DNA of 64,000 bases from an uncultured Solirubrobacterales bacterium. Its GTDB lineage: Bacteria; Actinomycetota; Thermoleophilia; Solirubrobacterales; 70-9. Shown here in pieces: positions 17,149-25,239 of this stretch; within the stretch, counting starts at the first letter, position 1, and every line of letters begins with the position of its first letter. Location: positions 5,420 to 69,419 of the forward strand of contig CAWJCP010000010.1 in the NCBI GenBank assembly GCA_963841445.1, in the 5' to 3' direction. Under the pieces are notes generated by a model. The model ran no database searches. It saw only the letters and a list, made by a program, of their open reading frames with translations, and had not been told where the DNA came from. A program made the translations under genes and the position numbers.

Positions 17149-18120
17149 ATGCCCAGCGCTTTCGTCACCGGCGGCTCCGGCTTCATCGGTGGCAGGCTGG
17201 TCACCCGGCTGGTCGACGACGGTTGGACCGTGCGGGCGCTCGCCCGGTCGCCGGCCTCCGAGCGTGCCGTCGGCGAGCTCGGCGCCGCAGCGGTGCGGGG
17301 CGACCTCGGCGACGTCGATGCGATGGCCGTGGGCGCACAGGGATGCGAATTCGCCTTCCACCTCGCCGCCCACCTGGGCGACTACGGCTCCTGGGAGGAG
17401 TTCGAGCGCGGCAACGTCGAGGGCACCCGCAACGCGCTCGAGGCCTGTGCGCGCGCCGGCGTGCGCCGCTTCGTCCACTGCGGCACCGAGGCGGCGCTGA
17501 TGGCCGGCGCCGCGCTCGTAAACGTCGACGAGACGGCCCCGCTGCGACCCGACTCCCCGGCCCCCTATCCGGCAACCAAGGCGAAGGCCGAGGCTCTGGT
17601 CCGGGCGGCGAGCCGCGATGGCTTTGAGACCGTGGTCCTGCGGCCGCGCTTCGTCTGGGGCGCCGGCGACAAGACGCTGCTGCCGGAGATGGTGAAGATG
17701 GTCGAGGCGGGGCGCTTCGTCTGGGTCGGCGGGGGCGGCCAGCTGACCGCGACCACCCAGGTCGACAACGTGGTCGAGGGCCTGGTGCTCGCCGCGCGGA
17801 AGGGCAGGCCCGGCGAGGCCTATTTCGTCACCGACGGCGATCCGGTCGTGTTTCGCGAGTTCGTCTCCGAACTGCTGCGCACCCAGGACGTCGAGCCGCC
17901 GACCCGCACGATCCCCGGCTGGCTTGGGGGCGCGCTGGCCGCGGTCGGTGAGCCGGCCTGGCGCCACCTGCCGCTTCCCGGGCATCCTCCGCTGGCCCGC
18001 TTCACGCAGTGGATCCTCACCCAGGAGTGCACGATCGACGACTCGAAGGCGCGCCGCGAGCTCGGATATGCGCCGATCGTCTCCCGCGAGCAGGGGCTGG
18101 CCGGCCTGCGCGGCGAGTGA
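17149..18120 (+). CDS. NAD-dependent epimerase/dehydratase (3-beta-HSD-like SDR)
   Basis: MPSAFVTGGSGFIGGRLVTRLVDDGWTVRALARS...YPATKAKAEALV (YxxxK). Confidence 0.8.
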   Translation: MPSAFVTGGSGFIGGRLVTRLVDDGWTVRALARSPASERAVGELGAAAVRGDLGDVDAMAVGAQGCEFAFHLAAHLGDYGSWEEFERGNVEGTRNALEACARAGVRRFVHCGTEAALMAGAALVNVDETAPLRPDSPAPYPATKAKAEALVRAASRDGFETVVLRPRFVWGAGDKTLLPEMVKMVEAGRFVWVGGGGQLTATTQVDNVVEGLVLAARKGRPGEAYFVTDGDPVVFREFVSELLRTQDVEPPTRTIPGWLGGALAAVGEPAWRHLPLPGHPPLARFTQWILTQECTIDDSKARRELGYAPIVSREQGLAGLRGE

Positions 18121-18186
18121 GTTAGGTCACATGCAGGGAAATTTTCTCGAATCGCCCCGCTTGATTTGCTAACCGTGTAGGGGCCA

Positions 18187-19152
18187 ATGCCTTCCTGGCG
18201 ACGCGACAACTCACGTCGCGTGTTCGAGCACCGCACCCAGCTCTGGCGCGAAGTCGGGTTGGGGGCGGAGATCGACGCGCGCACGGCTGCCCGTGAGAAG
18301 GGCAAGCTGGTGCTGCTCGCCGCCCTGATCGCGGGGGTGCTGGTGCTGTTCGAGCACCGCCACGAGCTGTTCCCGGGCTTCGGCATCTACGTTCGCTACG
18401 CGACCGCGCTGGCGCTCGTGATCCTCGGCTGGGCCCTGGCCCGCTCGCTCGCGGTCGGGGTCGCCCCGTCGCTGTTCAGGCGCCTGGACCCCGGCACCGC
18501 CGGGACGGTCGGCTTTCTGATCCGCCTCCTCTCGATCCTGATCGTCGTCGTGGTGGCGCTGCGCCTGGTCGGCCTCAGCGCCGGCTCGCTGGCGGTCGGC
18601 GGTGCCTTCACCGCGGTGGTGCTCGGCCTTGCCGCCCAGCAGACGATCGGCAACGTCTTCGCCGGCGTCGTCCTGCAGAGCGCCCGCCCATTCCGGGTCG
18701 GCGAGCGGGTCCGGCTGCGCGGCGGACCGATGGCCGGCGAGGTCGAGGGCATCGTGAGCTCGCTGGGACTCTTCTACGTCACCCTGGTCGACGGCGCCAA
18801 CCGGCTGCTGATCCCGAACAGCCAGCTGCTGCAGCTCGCGATCATCCCCCTTCGCGAGCCGGATCGGGTCGAGCTGCGAGCGCGCTTCCCGGCGGCGACG
18901 ACGCCGAGTGAGGTCCAGGAGATGCTCAGCGAGCGGGTCGAGGTCGAGACCCGCTACCCGCCCCACATCGAGCTCGAGGAGCTGGAGCGTGACGAGCTGG
19001 TCGTGAAGATCGTCGCGGTGCCGGAGCGGTCCTCCGACGGCGCCCGGCTGGCGTCGGAGATCCTCGCCGTCGCCCGCGCCGAGTCACCCGGGGCGCCGAA
19101 GGGACCCGTCGCAGCGGACGACCGGCTTGCGCCGGACCCGCAGCCTCTTTAG
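18187..19152 (+). CDS. Mechanosensitive ion channel family protein (MscS-like)
   Basis: TM helices followed by ...AAQQTIGNVFAGVVLQSARPFRVGERVRL...GIVSSLGLFYVTLVDGANRLLIPNSQLL. Confidence 0.8.
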   Translation: MPSWRRDNSRRVFEHRTQLWREVGLGAEIDARTAAREKGKLVLLAALIAGVLVLFEHRHELFPGFGIYVRYATALALVILGWALARSLAVGVAPSLFRRLDPGTAGTVGFLIRLLSILIVVVVALRLVGLSAGSLAVGGAFTAVVLGLAAQQTIGNVFAGVVLQSARPFRVGERVRLRGGPMAGEVEGIVSSLGLFYVTLVDGANRLLIPNSQLLQLAIIPLREPDRVELRARFPAATTPSEVQEMLSERVEVETRYPPHIELEELERDELVVKIVAVPERSSDGARLASEILAVARAESPGAPKGPVAADDRLAPDPQPL

Positions 19153-20456
19153 TAGCCGCCGGGCAGCTCGACCGCCTTCGCTGCACCCAGAAGCGGCTCC
19201 AAATCGACCGGGGCCCCGTGCAGCTGCGCGGCGCAGAGCATGCGCAGAAGCGCCTCCGGCTCGGGACCGCGACGGCTCAGCGCCCCGCCGATCAGCGGGC
19301 TCGTATCTCCTCGCTCGTCTTCGAGGCATTCCGCCGCCATCGCCGCCAGCACCGGGGCCGGCCCCAGCTCCAGGAACTGGGTCGCGCCCGACTCGCTCAG
19401 GAACTCGACGCCGTCCATGAAGCGGACCGGCTCGCGGGCCTGGCGCGCCCAGTAGTCGGGTGAGCCCAGCTCCCTCTCGGTGAAAGGCTCGCCGGTCAGG
19501 TTGGAGACGACCGGGATCTGCGGGTCGGCGAAGTCGAGCGACGCGGCGACCTCGGTGAGCTGATCGAGGATCGGCTCCACGCGAGGGGAATGAAAGGCAT
19601 GGCTGACCGGCAAACGGGTCGTCTTCGCCTGTCCGCCCCAAGCATCACTCCAAGCCTCGATCGCGTCCTCGTCGCCCGAGATGACGGTCGAGCGGGGGCC
19701 ATTCAGGGCTGCGACTCCGATCCGTCCCGCGAAGTCGGAGAGGCTCGCTTCGACCTGCTCCCCGGGGGCGTTGACGGCGAGCATCGCGCCGCCCGCCGGA
19801 AGCCGGGCCATCAGCCCGCCCCGGGCGGCGACCAGGCGGCAGGCATCAGCAAGCGAGATCGCCCCGGCGACATGCGCCGCGGCGAGCTCGCCGATCGAGT
19901 GCCCGATCAGGTAATCGGGGCGCAGCCCGAAGCGCTCGAGCAGCCTGTAGAGGGCGACCTCGAGTGCGAAAAGCGCCGCCTGGGTGAAGTCGGTGCGATC
20001 CAGAAGCTCCGCCTCGGGGCTCCCGGGCGCCGCGAAGAGGGCTTCCCGCAGCGGGCGCTCGAGCTGAGGGTCGAGCTCGGCGCAGAGCTCGTCGAGCGCC
20101 GCCGCGAAGGGCGGGAAGGCCGCGTACAGCTCCTCGCCCATGCCGGGGCGCTGGGCGCCCTGGCCGCTGAACAGGAAGGCGATCTTCGGCTCTCGCGCCC
20201 TGGCCGTGATCAGCCCCCGCGCCGCCTCGCCTTGCCCGAGGGCGGTGAGGCCGTCGATCAGCGCCGCCCGCTCGCGGCCCAGCACTGCGGCGCCGTGCCG
20301 CAGACGTGGCCGCTCGCTCTGCAGGGTGGCGGCGAGGTCTAGAAGGCTCAGCTCCGGGTGCGCTCGCAGATGCTCGGCGAGGCGTATTGCGCTGTCGCGG
20401 AGCCCCGCCTCGGATTCGGCCGAGACGATCAGCGGGACGGGAAGCTTCTCAGCCAC
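19149..20456 (-). CDS. Stand-alone type-I-PKS-style acyltransferase (KS-AT linker + malonyl-type AT + post-AT linker)
   Basis: LIVSAESEAGLRDSAIRLAEHLRAHPELSLLDLAATLQ (PKS KS-AT linker style), FLFSGQGAQRPGMG, GHSIGELAAAHVAG (active-site Ser), VSHAFHSP (HAFH malonyl-type motif). It ends ...VDLEPLLGAAKAVELPGGY, resembling the post-AT linker. GTG start, 8-nt overlap with the MerR gene. Confidence 0.8.
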   Translation of the reverse strand: MAEKLPVPLIVSAESEAGLRDSAIRLAEHLRAHPELSLLDLAATLQSERPRLRHGAAVLGRERAALIDGLTALGQGEAARGLITARAREPKIAFLFSGQGAQRPGMGEELYAAFPPFAAALDELCAELDPQLERPLREALFAAPGSPEAELLDRTDFTQAALFALEVALYRLLERFGLRPDYLIGHSIGELAAAHVAGAISLADACRLVAARGGLMARLPAGGAMLAVNAPGEQVEASLSDFAGRIGVAALNGPRSTVISGDEDAIEAWSDAWGGQAKTTRLPVSHAFHSPRVEPILDQLTEVAASLDFADPQIPVVSNLTGEPFTERELGSPDYWARQAREPVRFMDGVEFLSESGATQFLELGPAPVLAAMAAECLEDERGDTSPLIGGALSRRGPEPEALLRMLCAAQLHGAPVDLEPLLGAAKAVELPGGY

Positions 20457-21210
20457 GCTTTGAGCGCTGGCGCTCCAGCTCGGCGATCAGCACCTTGGTG
20501 TGCATCGCCGCGATCAGGTCCTTGAGCGGCTCCGCGCCGGCCTCGATCAGCTCCATGGCGCGATCGGGCTCCATGCTCCCAGCCACCCGCTCCATCAGCA
20601 CCTGCACCTCTTCGGCGACCAGCTCCTCCATCGCCCGCTTGTAGCGCAGGGTGTCGTAGACGGTGAAGCCGATCGCCTCCTCGTAGCCGCCGGCGCGAAA
20701 GCGGCTGATCGCCTCGATGATGCGCACGTCCGACGGCGTGTAGCCGCGGCTGTTGGGGCTCAGCACCTCGATCTTCTCGAGACGGTCGAGGACCTCGGCG
20801 GGGACGTCGTAGCGCTCGCGAACCGCAGCGGCGCTGGTCCGGGTCCGCTCGTTGGCCAGCGCCCGCTCGAGGATCCGGTCCTCGAGCTCGACCAGTGCCT
20901 CGGCCCGATCGGGGTCCTCGTCGAGCACCTCGCGGATCACCCGCAGCGGCATGAAGCGCTCCTCCTGGAGCCGCTTGATCAGCCGGATCCGGTCGACGAA
21001 GTCGGGCGGGTAGTAGGCCATGTTGCGGCTCGTCTTGTGCGGCTCGGGGAGCAGCCCCTCGCGCAGGTAGTGCTTGATCGTCGCCGCCGAGACGCCCGAG
21101 GCCTCCGCCAGCTCGCCCATGCGCAGGAGCTGCGGAGCGGTGTTCGGATCGCCCTTACCGTTGCCCGCCGCGGGCGCCTTCGCGCCGGCCGCGTTCGTGG
21201 CCTTCGCCAT
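20449..21210 (-). CDS. MerR family transcriptional regulator (LiuR-like position, long C-terminal domain)
   Basis: LLRMGELAEASGVSAATIKHYLREGLLPEPHKTSRNMAYYPPDFVDRIRLIKRLQEERFMPLRVIREVL. The start is at ATG 21210 (MAKATNAAG). The upstream part of the track ORF (to 21639) overlaps the BKACE gene and is Arg/Pro-rich junk. Confidence 0.8.
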   Translation of the reverse strand: MAKATNAAGAKAPAAGNGKGDPNTAPQLLRMGELAEASGVSAATIKHYLREGLLPEPHKTSRNMAYYPPDFVDRIRLIKRLQEERFMPLRVIREVLDEDPDRAEALVELEDRILERALANERTRTSAAAVRERYDVPAEVLDRLEKIEVLSPNSRGYTPSDVRIIEAISRFRAGGYEEAIGFTVYDTLRYKRAMEELVAEEVQVLMERVAGSMEPDRAMELIEAGAEPLKDLIAAMHTKVLIAELERQRSKRG

Positions 21211-21212
21211 CG

Positions 21213-22112
21213 CTAGCCCCCGGCGCCCGCCGGCTCGCGCCTCGGCAGGCCAAGCAGCTCGCGCGCCTCGGCGACGCTCGCAACGCGACGGCCCATGTCC
21301 TCGGCCATCTGCCGCGCCTTCGCGATCAGCTCGCCGTTTGACTTCGCCATCTCGCCGTCGGGCAGATAGAAGTTGTCCTCGAGGCCGACTCGCGCGTTGC
21401 CGCCGAAGGAAAGCGCAGCCGCGACCAGCTTCCACTGCTCGCGCGAGATCCCGATCACCTGCCACTGGTTCTGCCCTTCGGGGCCGCCGGGGATCTGGTC
21501 GGACATGAAGCCGACGTTGCGGGCGTTGGGCCGGATGCCGCCGTTGACCCCCATGACCAGCGATATCTGCAGCGGCTCGGAGAGCAGGCCCATGTCGAGC
21601 AGCGGGTCGAGGTTGGCGATGTGGCCGGCGTCGAAGCACTCGTGCTCGGGCTTGATCCCGATCTCGCGCATCGCCTCGAGGAACTCGATGATCGTGTCGA
21701 AGCTGTTCTCGAAGACCGCCTTGAAGACGAACTCCTTGCGCCGCTTCGAGTACTTCGCGTAGTTCATCGAGCTCATGTTCAGCGCCGCGACGTCGGGGCG
21801 AAGCTCGCGCAGGTAGGTGATCCGCTTCTCGATCGGGACGCCGATCGCGCCGGTCGAGTAGTTGATGATCACGTCATCGACCGAGTCGCGAATCGCCTCG
21901 GTGATCGCGCGGAAGTTCTCGATTTCGTAAGAGGGAATGCCGTCGGGAGTGCGGGCGTGGATGTGGATCTGCGAGCCGCCCTCGTCGACGATCCGCTTCG
22001 CCTCCGCCCCATACTCCTCGGGCGTGTAGGGAATCGCCGGGCACTGGTCGCGATTGGCGACCGCGCCCGAAATCGAGCAGCTGAGGATCGCGGGGTCGGA
22101 GAAGCGGCTCAT
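21213..22112 (-). CDS. Beta-keto acid cleavage enzyme family (BKACE / 3-keto-5-aminohexanoate cleavage enzyme-like, DUF849)
   Basis: ILSCSISGAVANRDQCPAIPYTPEEYGAEAKRIVDEGGSQIHIHARTPDGIPSYEIENFRAITEAIRD is a typical BKACE N-terminal TIM-barrel signature. Confidence 0.8.
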   Translation of the reverse strand: MSRFSDPAILSCSISGAVANRDQCPAIPYTPEEYGAEAKRIVDEGGSQIHIHARTPDGIPSYEIENFRAITEAIRDSVDDVIINYSTGAIGVPIEKRITYLRELRPDVAALNMSSMNYAKYSKRRKEFVFKAVFENSFDTIIEFLEAMREIGIKPEHECFDAGHIANLDPLLDMGLLSEPLQISLVMGVNGGIRPNARNVGFMSDQIPGGPEGQNQWQVIGISREQWKLVAAALSFGGNARVGLEDNFYLPDGEMAKSNGELIAKARQMAEDMGRRVASVAEARELLGLPRREPAGAGG

Positions 22113-22525
22113 TCGCGAACCGCCGTGTCGCTCAGCCGCCTGACTGCTTCCAGGGCCTCGTCACGGTCCAGGTAGGAGCGGCCGACGTCCAACTTGCCCT
22201 CCCGGATCTTCCAGAGCCCATCCAGAGTCTGCTCCATCACCACTCCGGTCCTCCCGGTCGCACTTACCCGCGAGAGGACAAGGACGTGATCCCCGAGGTC
22301 CCTGAACTCCTCCGGCTTCATCTCGAAGTCCATCCAGACCTCGTTCATGTCGGCGAAGAACTTCCGAACCCCTTCGTGGCCGTGAAATGGCTCGACCTCC
22401 ACACCGCCGACGATCGCCGGATACCACTCGGCATCCTCGACCGTGTGGGCGAGGACCCAATCGACGTCGCGCCGGTTGAGCGCATCGACGCATTCGCGCA
22501 CGAACTCGACGTTCTCGGCGCTCAT
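22109..22525 (-). CDS. NTF2-like / SnoaL-like small protein
   Basis: MSAENVEFVRECVDALNRRDVDWVLAHTVEDAEWYP...GLWKIREGKLDVGRSYLDRDEAL. It has ATGA overlaps at both ends (22525/22522 and 22112/22109). Confidence 0.7.
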   Translation of the reverse strand: MSAENVEFVRECVDALNRRDVDWVLAHTVEDAEWYPAIVGGVEVEPFHGHEGVRKFFADMNEVWMDFEMKPEEFRDLGDHVLVLSRVSATGRTGVVMEQTLDGLWKIREGKLDVGRSYLDRDEALEAVRRLSDTAVRE

Positions 22526-24066
22526 ACCGGCATCACCCCATGCTTCTTCCACGGTCGCTCGACCCGCTTGTCGGCCGCCATTCGCAGCCCGTTGACGATC
22601 GTCGGGCGGGTCTCGCGCGGGTCGATGATGTCGTCGACCAGGTCGTTGCGGGCCGCCAGGTAGGGATCGATCTGCGACTTGACCGCCTCGAGCATCTGCT
22701 CGCGGGTCGCCTCGGGATCGTCGGAGGCCTCGATCGCGGAGCGGCCGATGATGTTGACCGCGCCCTCCGGCCCCATGACCGAGATCTCGGCGCTGGGCCA
22801 GCCAACGATCAGGTCCGGCTCATACGCCTTCCCACACATCACGTAATAGCCGGCCCCGTAGGCCTTGCGGACGATGACGGTGATCTTCGGCACCGTGGCG
22901 CGGCTGACCGCGTAGAGCATCTTCGCGCCGTGGCGGATGATCCCCGCCTGCTCGACCTTCGAGCCGACCATGAAGCCGGGCACGTCCTGCAGGAAGAGCA
23001 GCGGGATGTTGAAGGCGTCGCAGAGGTTGATGAAGCGCGCCGCCTTGTCGGCGGAGTCGTTCTCGAGGATCCCCGCCAGCTGCTTGGGCTGGTTGGCGAC
23101 GATCCCGCAGGGCATTCCCCCGAAACGGGCGAAGCAGGTGATCAGCGTCTTCGCGAACTTCGGCTTGATGTCGAAGTACTCGCCGTCGTCGACGATCTCG
23201 GCGATCACCTCGTACATGTCGTAGGGCTGGCGCGAGGACTCGGGGACGATGTCGAGCAGCTTCTCCGACATCCGGTCGACCGGGTCTGAGGTCTCCCGAA
23301 CAGGTGGCTTCTGCTCGCAGTTGGATGGGAAGAAGGAGAGGTAGGTCTTGATCGCCTCGATGCACTCGGGGTCGTCGGCGACCTCGAGGTCCCCCACGCC
23401 CGACTTGCGGCAGTGCACCTTGGCGCCACCGAGCTCCTCCATCGAGATGTCCTCTCCCGTAACCGCCTTGGTGAGGTGCGGCCCGGCGAGCGCCATCGCG
23501 CCCTGGCCGACGACCATCGGGACGAAGTCGGAGAGCCCCGGGATGTAGGCGGTGCCTGCGGCGCAGGGGCCGAGCATCCCGGCGACCAGCGGCACGACGC
23601 CGGACATCACGACCTCCTCGCGGAACAGGTGTCCGGAGCCGGCGAACATCGAGCCGGCGGCCTCCTGGATCCGCGCCCCGGCCGAGTCGAGCAGCCAGAT
23701 CAGCGGCATCCGCTTGCCGAGCGCCATCTCGCGCAGCCGCCCGACCTTGAACTCGCCGGTCATCCCCATCGAGCCGGCCATGACGGTGAAGTCGTAGGCG
23801 GCGATCGCGCAGGTACGGCCGTCGACGTCACCCCAGCCGGTGATCACGCCGTCGGCCGGCGCGTCCTTTCCTTCCATCGCGCGCTGCGTCGAGTGCGGGC
23901 CGGCCTGGATCCCGATCTCGACGAAGGTGCCTGGGTCGACGAGCAGGTCGATTCGCTCGCGCGCGGTGAGCTTGCCGCGCTCGTGCTGGACCGCGATCTT
24001 TTCCTCGCCGCCGCCCAGCTTCGCCTTCTCGCGACGCTCGTGGAGGTCCTCGACGAGGTGCTTCAT
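22522..24066 (-). CDS. Acyl-CoA carboxylase carboxyltransferase (beta) subunit (methylcrotonyl-/propionyl-CoA carboxylase beta-like)
   Basis: MKHLVEDLHERREKAKLGGGEEKIAVQHERGKLTARERIDLLVDPGTFVEIG..., with both carboxyltransferase halves present. The start is taken at ATG 24066 (514 aa). The track ORF extends to 24270 through a low-complexity stretch with visibly lower GC3. Confidence 0.85.
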   Translation of the reverse strand: MKHLVEDLHERREKAKLGGGEEKIAVQHERGKLTARERIDLLVDPGTFVEIGIQAGPHSTQRAMEGKDAPADGVITGWGDVDGRTCAIAAYDFTVMAGSMGMTGEFKVGRLREMALGKRMPLIWLLDSAGARIQEAAGSMFAGSGHLFREEVVMSGVVPLVAGMLGPCAAGTAYIPGLSDFVPMVVGQGAMALAGPHLTKAVTGEDISMEELGGAKVHCRKSGVGDLEVADDPECIEAIKTYLSFFPSNCEQKPPVRETSDPVDRMSEKLLDIVPESSRQPYDMYEVIAEIVDDGEYFDIKPKFAKTLITCFARFGGMPCGIVANQPKQLAGILENDSADKAARFINLCDAFNIPLLFLQDVPGFMVGSKVEQAGIIRHGAKMLYAVSRATVPKITVIVRKAYGAGYYVMCGKAYEPDLIVGWPSAEISVMGPEGAVNIIGRSAIEASDDPEATREQMLEAVKSQIDPYLAARNDLVDDIIDPRETRPTIVNGLRMAADKRVERPWKKHGVMPV

Positions 24067-24254
24067 GCCGGTCTGCTCGCCTGCCTTGACCTCGGCGGGG
24101 GCTTCGGGGGCTTCTGCCTGGTGCTGCTCGGAATTACTTTCCGCCCGCGTGCTCTGCTCGCTCGGCGCTCGACTCAGATCATCCAAATCACTCGCGCCTC
24201 GCTCCGCGTCCGCCGCGGGCGGGCGGTGCCCACCTTGCTCAGCATTCGCCACGC

Positions 24255-25040
24255 CTACCTCCCCTTCCATTCCGGATCGCGCTTCTCGAAGAAGGCCTGC
24301 ACGCCCTCCTGGATGTCCTCGGTCGTGAAGGTCAGCGAAAGCTGGCTGCGCAGGAACTCGAGCGCGTCGTCGAGCGCCATGTCCTGCTGGCGGTACATCG
24401 CGTCATGCCCGATCTTCATCAAGACCGGGCTCTTCGAGGCCAGCTTGGTAGCCCACTCCCGAACCGCGTCGTCGAACTCGGCTTCGGGGACCACCTTGTT
24501 GGCGAGCCCGAAGCGCACCGCATCCTCGCCGCTCATCCGCTCGCCGAGCAGCATCATCTCGTTGACCTTCTTGCGCGGGACGTTGCGGTAGATGATCGCC
24601 ATGATCATGTAGGGGAAGGCGCCGACGTTGATCTCGGGGGTGGAAAAAGTGATCCCCTGCTTCGCGATCAGCAGGTCGCAGGACAGCGCCAGGCCCATGC
24701 CCCCGGCGAGGACGTGGCCATTGAGCGCGCACAGCGACGGCTTGCCGAGCCGCGGCATCAGCCGGAAGAACTCGAGGAACAGGTCGGAGGCGAAGTGCTT
24801 CTGGATCAGCGGCGCATCGGCGCCGAAGCCCCCGAGGTCGGCGCCGGCGCAGAAGACCTTCTCACCGGCCCCGGTGAGGACCACCGCGCGTACATCCTCG
24901 GAGTCGCGCGCGGCCTTCAGCGCCTCGACCAGCTCGGCCAGCATCGGCCCGGAGAGCATGTTGCGCTTCTCGGGGTCGTTGAGGGTGACGGTCGCGACCC
25001 CGCCGGCCACCTCGTAGTTGACCTTTTCGTAGTCGGGCAT
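24255..25040 (-). CDS. Enoyl-CoA hydratase/isomerase (crotonase) family; methylglutaconyl-CoA-hydratase-like position
   Basis: VATVTLNDPEKRNMLSGPMLAELVEALKAARDSEDVRAVVLTGAGEKVFCAGADL...NGHVLAGGMGLALSCDL. Confidence 0.85.
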   Translation of the reverse strand: MPDYEKVNYEVAGGVATVTLNDPEKRNMLSGPMLAELVEALKAARDSEDVRAVVLTGAGEKVFCAGADLGGFGADAPLIQKHFASDLFLEFFRLMPRLGKPSLCALNGHVLAGGMGLALSCDLLIAKQGITFSTPEINVGAFPYMIMAIIYRNVPRKKVNEMMLLGERMSGEDAVRFGLANKVVPEAEFDDAVREWATKLASKSPVLMKIGHDAMYRQQDMALDDALEFLRSQLSLTFTTEDIQEGVQAFFEKRDPEWKGR

Positions 25041-25098
25041 CGGCCAATGCTCGCGCTCTGCCTGCTGGGCTCGCGCTTCGGCTCCTCGCGCGCCACGA

Positions 25099-25132
25099 TA
25101 GCACCTACTAGGAAGTAAGAAGTGCTACTGTC
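25099..25132. promoter_or_regulatory. AT-rich core with inverted repeat TAGCAC-N17-GTGCTA and the 10-mer TGCTACTGTC in the divergent crotonase/ACAD intergenic region; candidate operator
   Basis: Read directly from the sequence (25099-25104 and 25122-25127). The 10-mer at 25123-25132 recurs exactly at 29856-29865 in the TetR/MFS divergent region. Confidence 0.3.
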
Positions 25133-25239
25133 CGCTCTGCCCGCCTCGCTGCGGCTTGGGTTGGCTTTAGCCCCATATGCGGGAGAAAGCTGACCCAACA
25201 GCGGCAGGCTTCAGCGGATCGACCAAGAGGAGACGAGCA

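Noticed and set aside
19149-20456. Annotating the acyltransferase simply as FabD (malonyl-CoA:ACP transacylase of FAS II)
   Set aside because: At 435 aa it is longer than FabD (~310 aa). It carries PKS-style N- and C-terminal linker sequences, and no fab genes (fabH, acpP, fabF) are adjacent.
21211-21639. N-terminal 143-aa extension of the MerR ORF (track ORF 20449-21639)
   Set aside because: It overlaps the 3' part of the BKACE gene in another frame and reads as Arg/Pro/Ala-rich junk. The MerR HTH begins shortly after ATG 21210.
24067-24270. 68-aa acidic, low-complexity N-terminal extension of the carboxyltransferase
   Set aside because: GC3 is visibly lower (about 70%) than in the surrounding genes. 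The conserved carboxyltransferase N-terminus (MKHLVEDLHERREKAKLGGG) starts at ATG 24066. I cannot exclude that the extension is real, so the start is flagged as uncertain.
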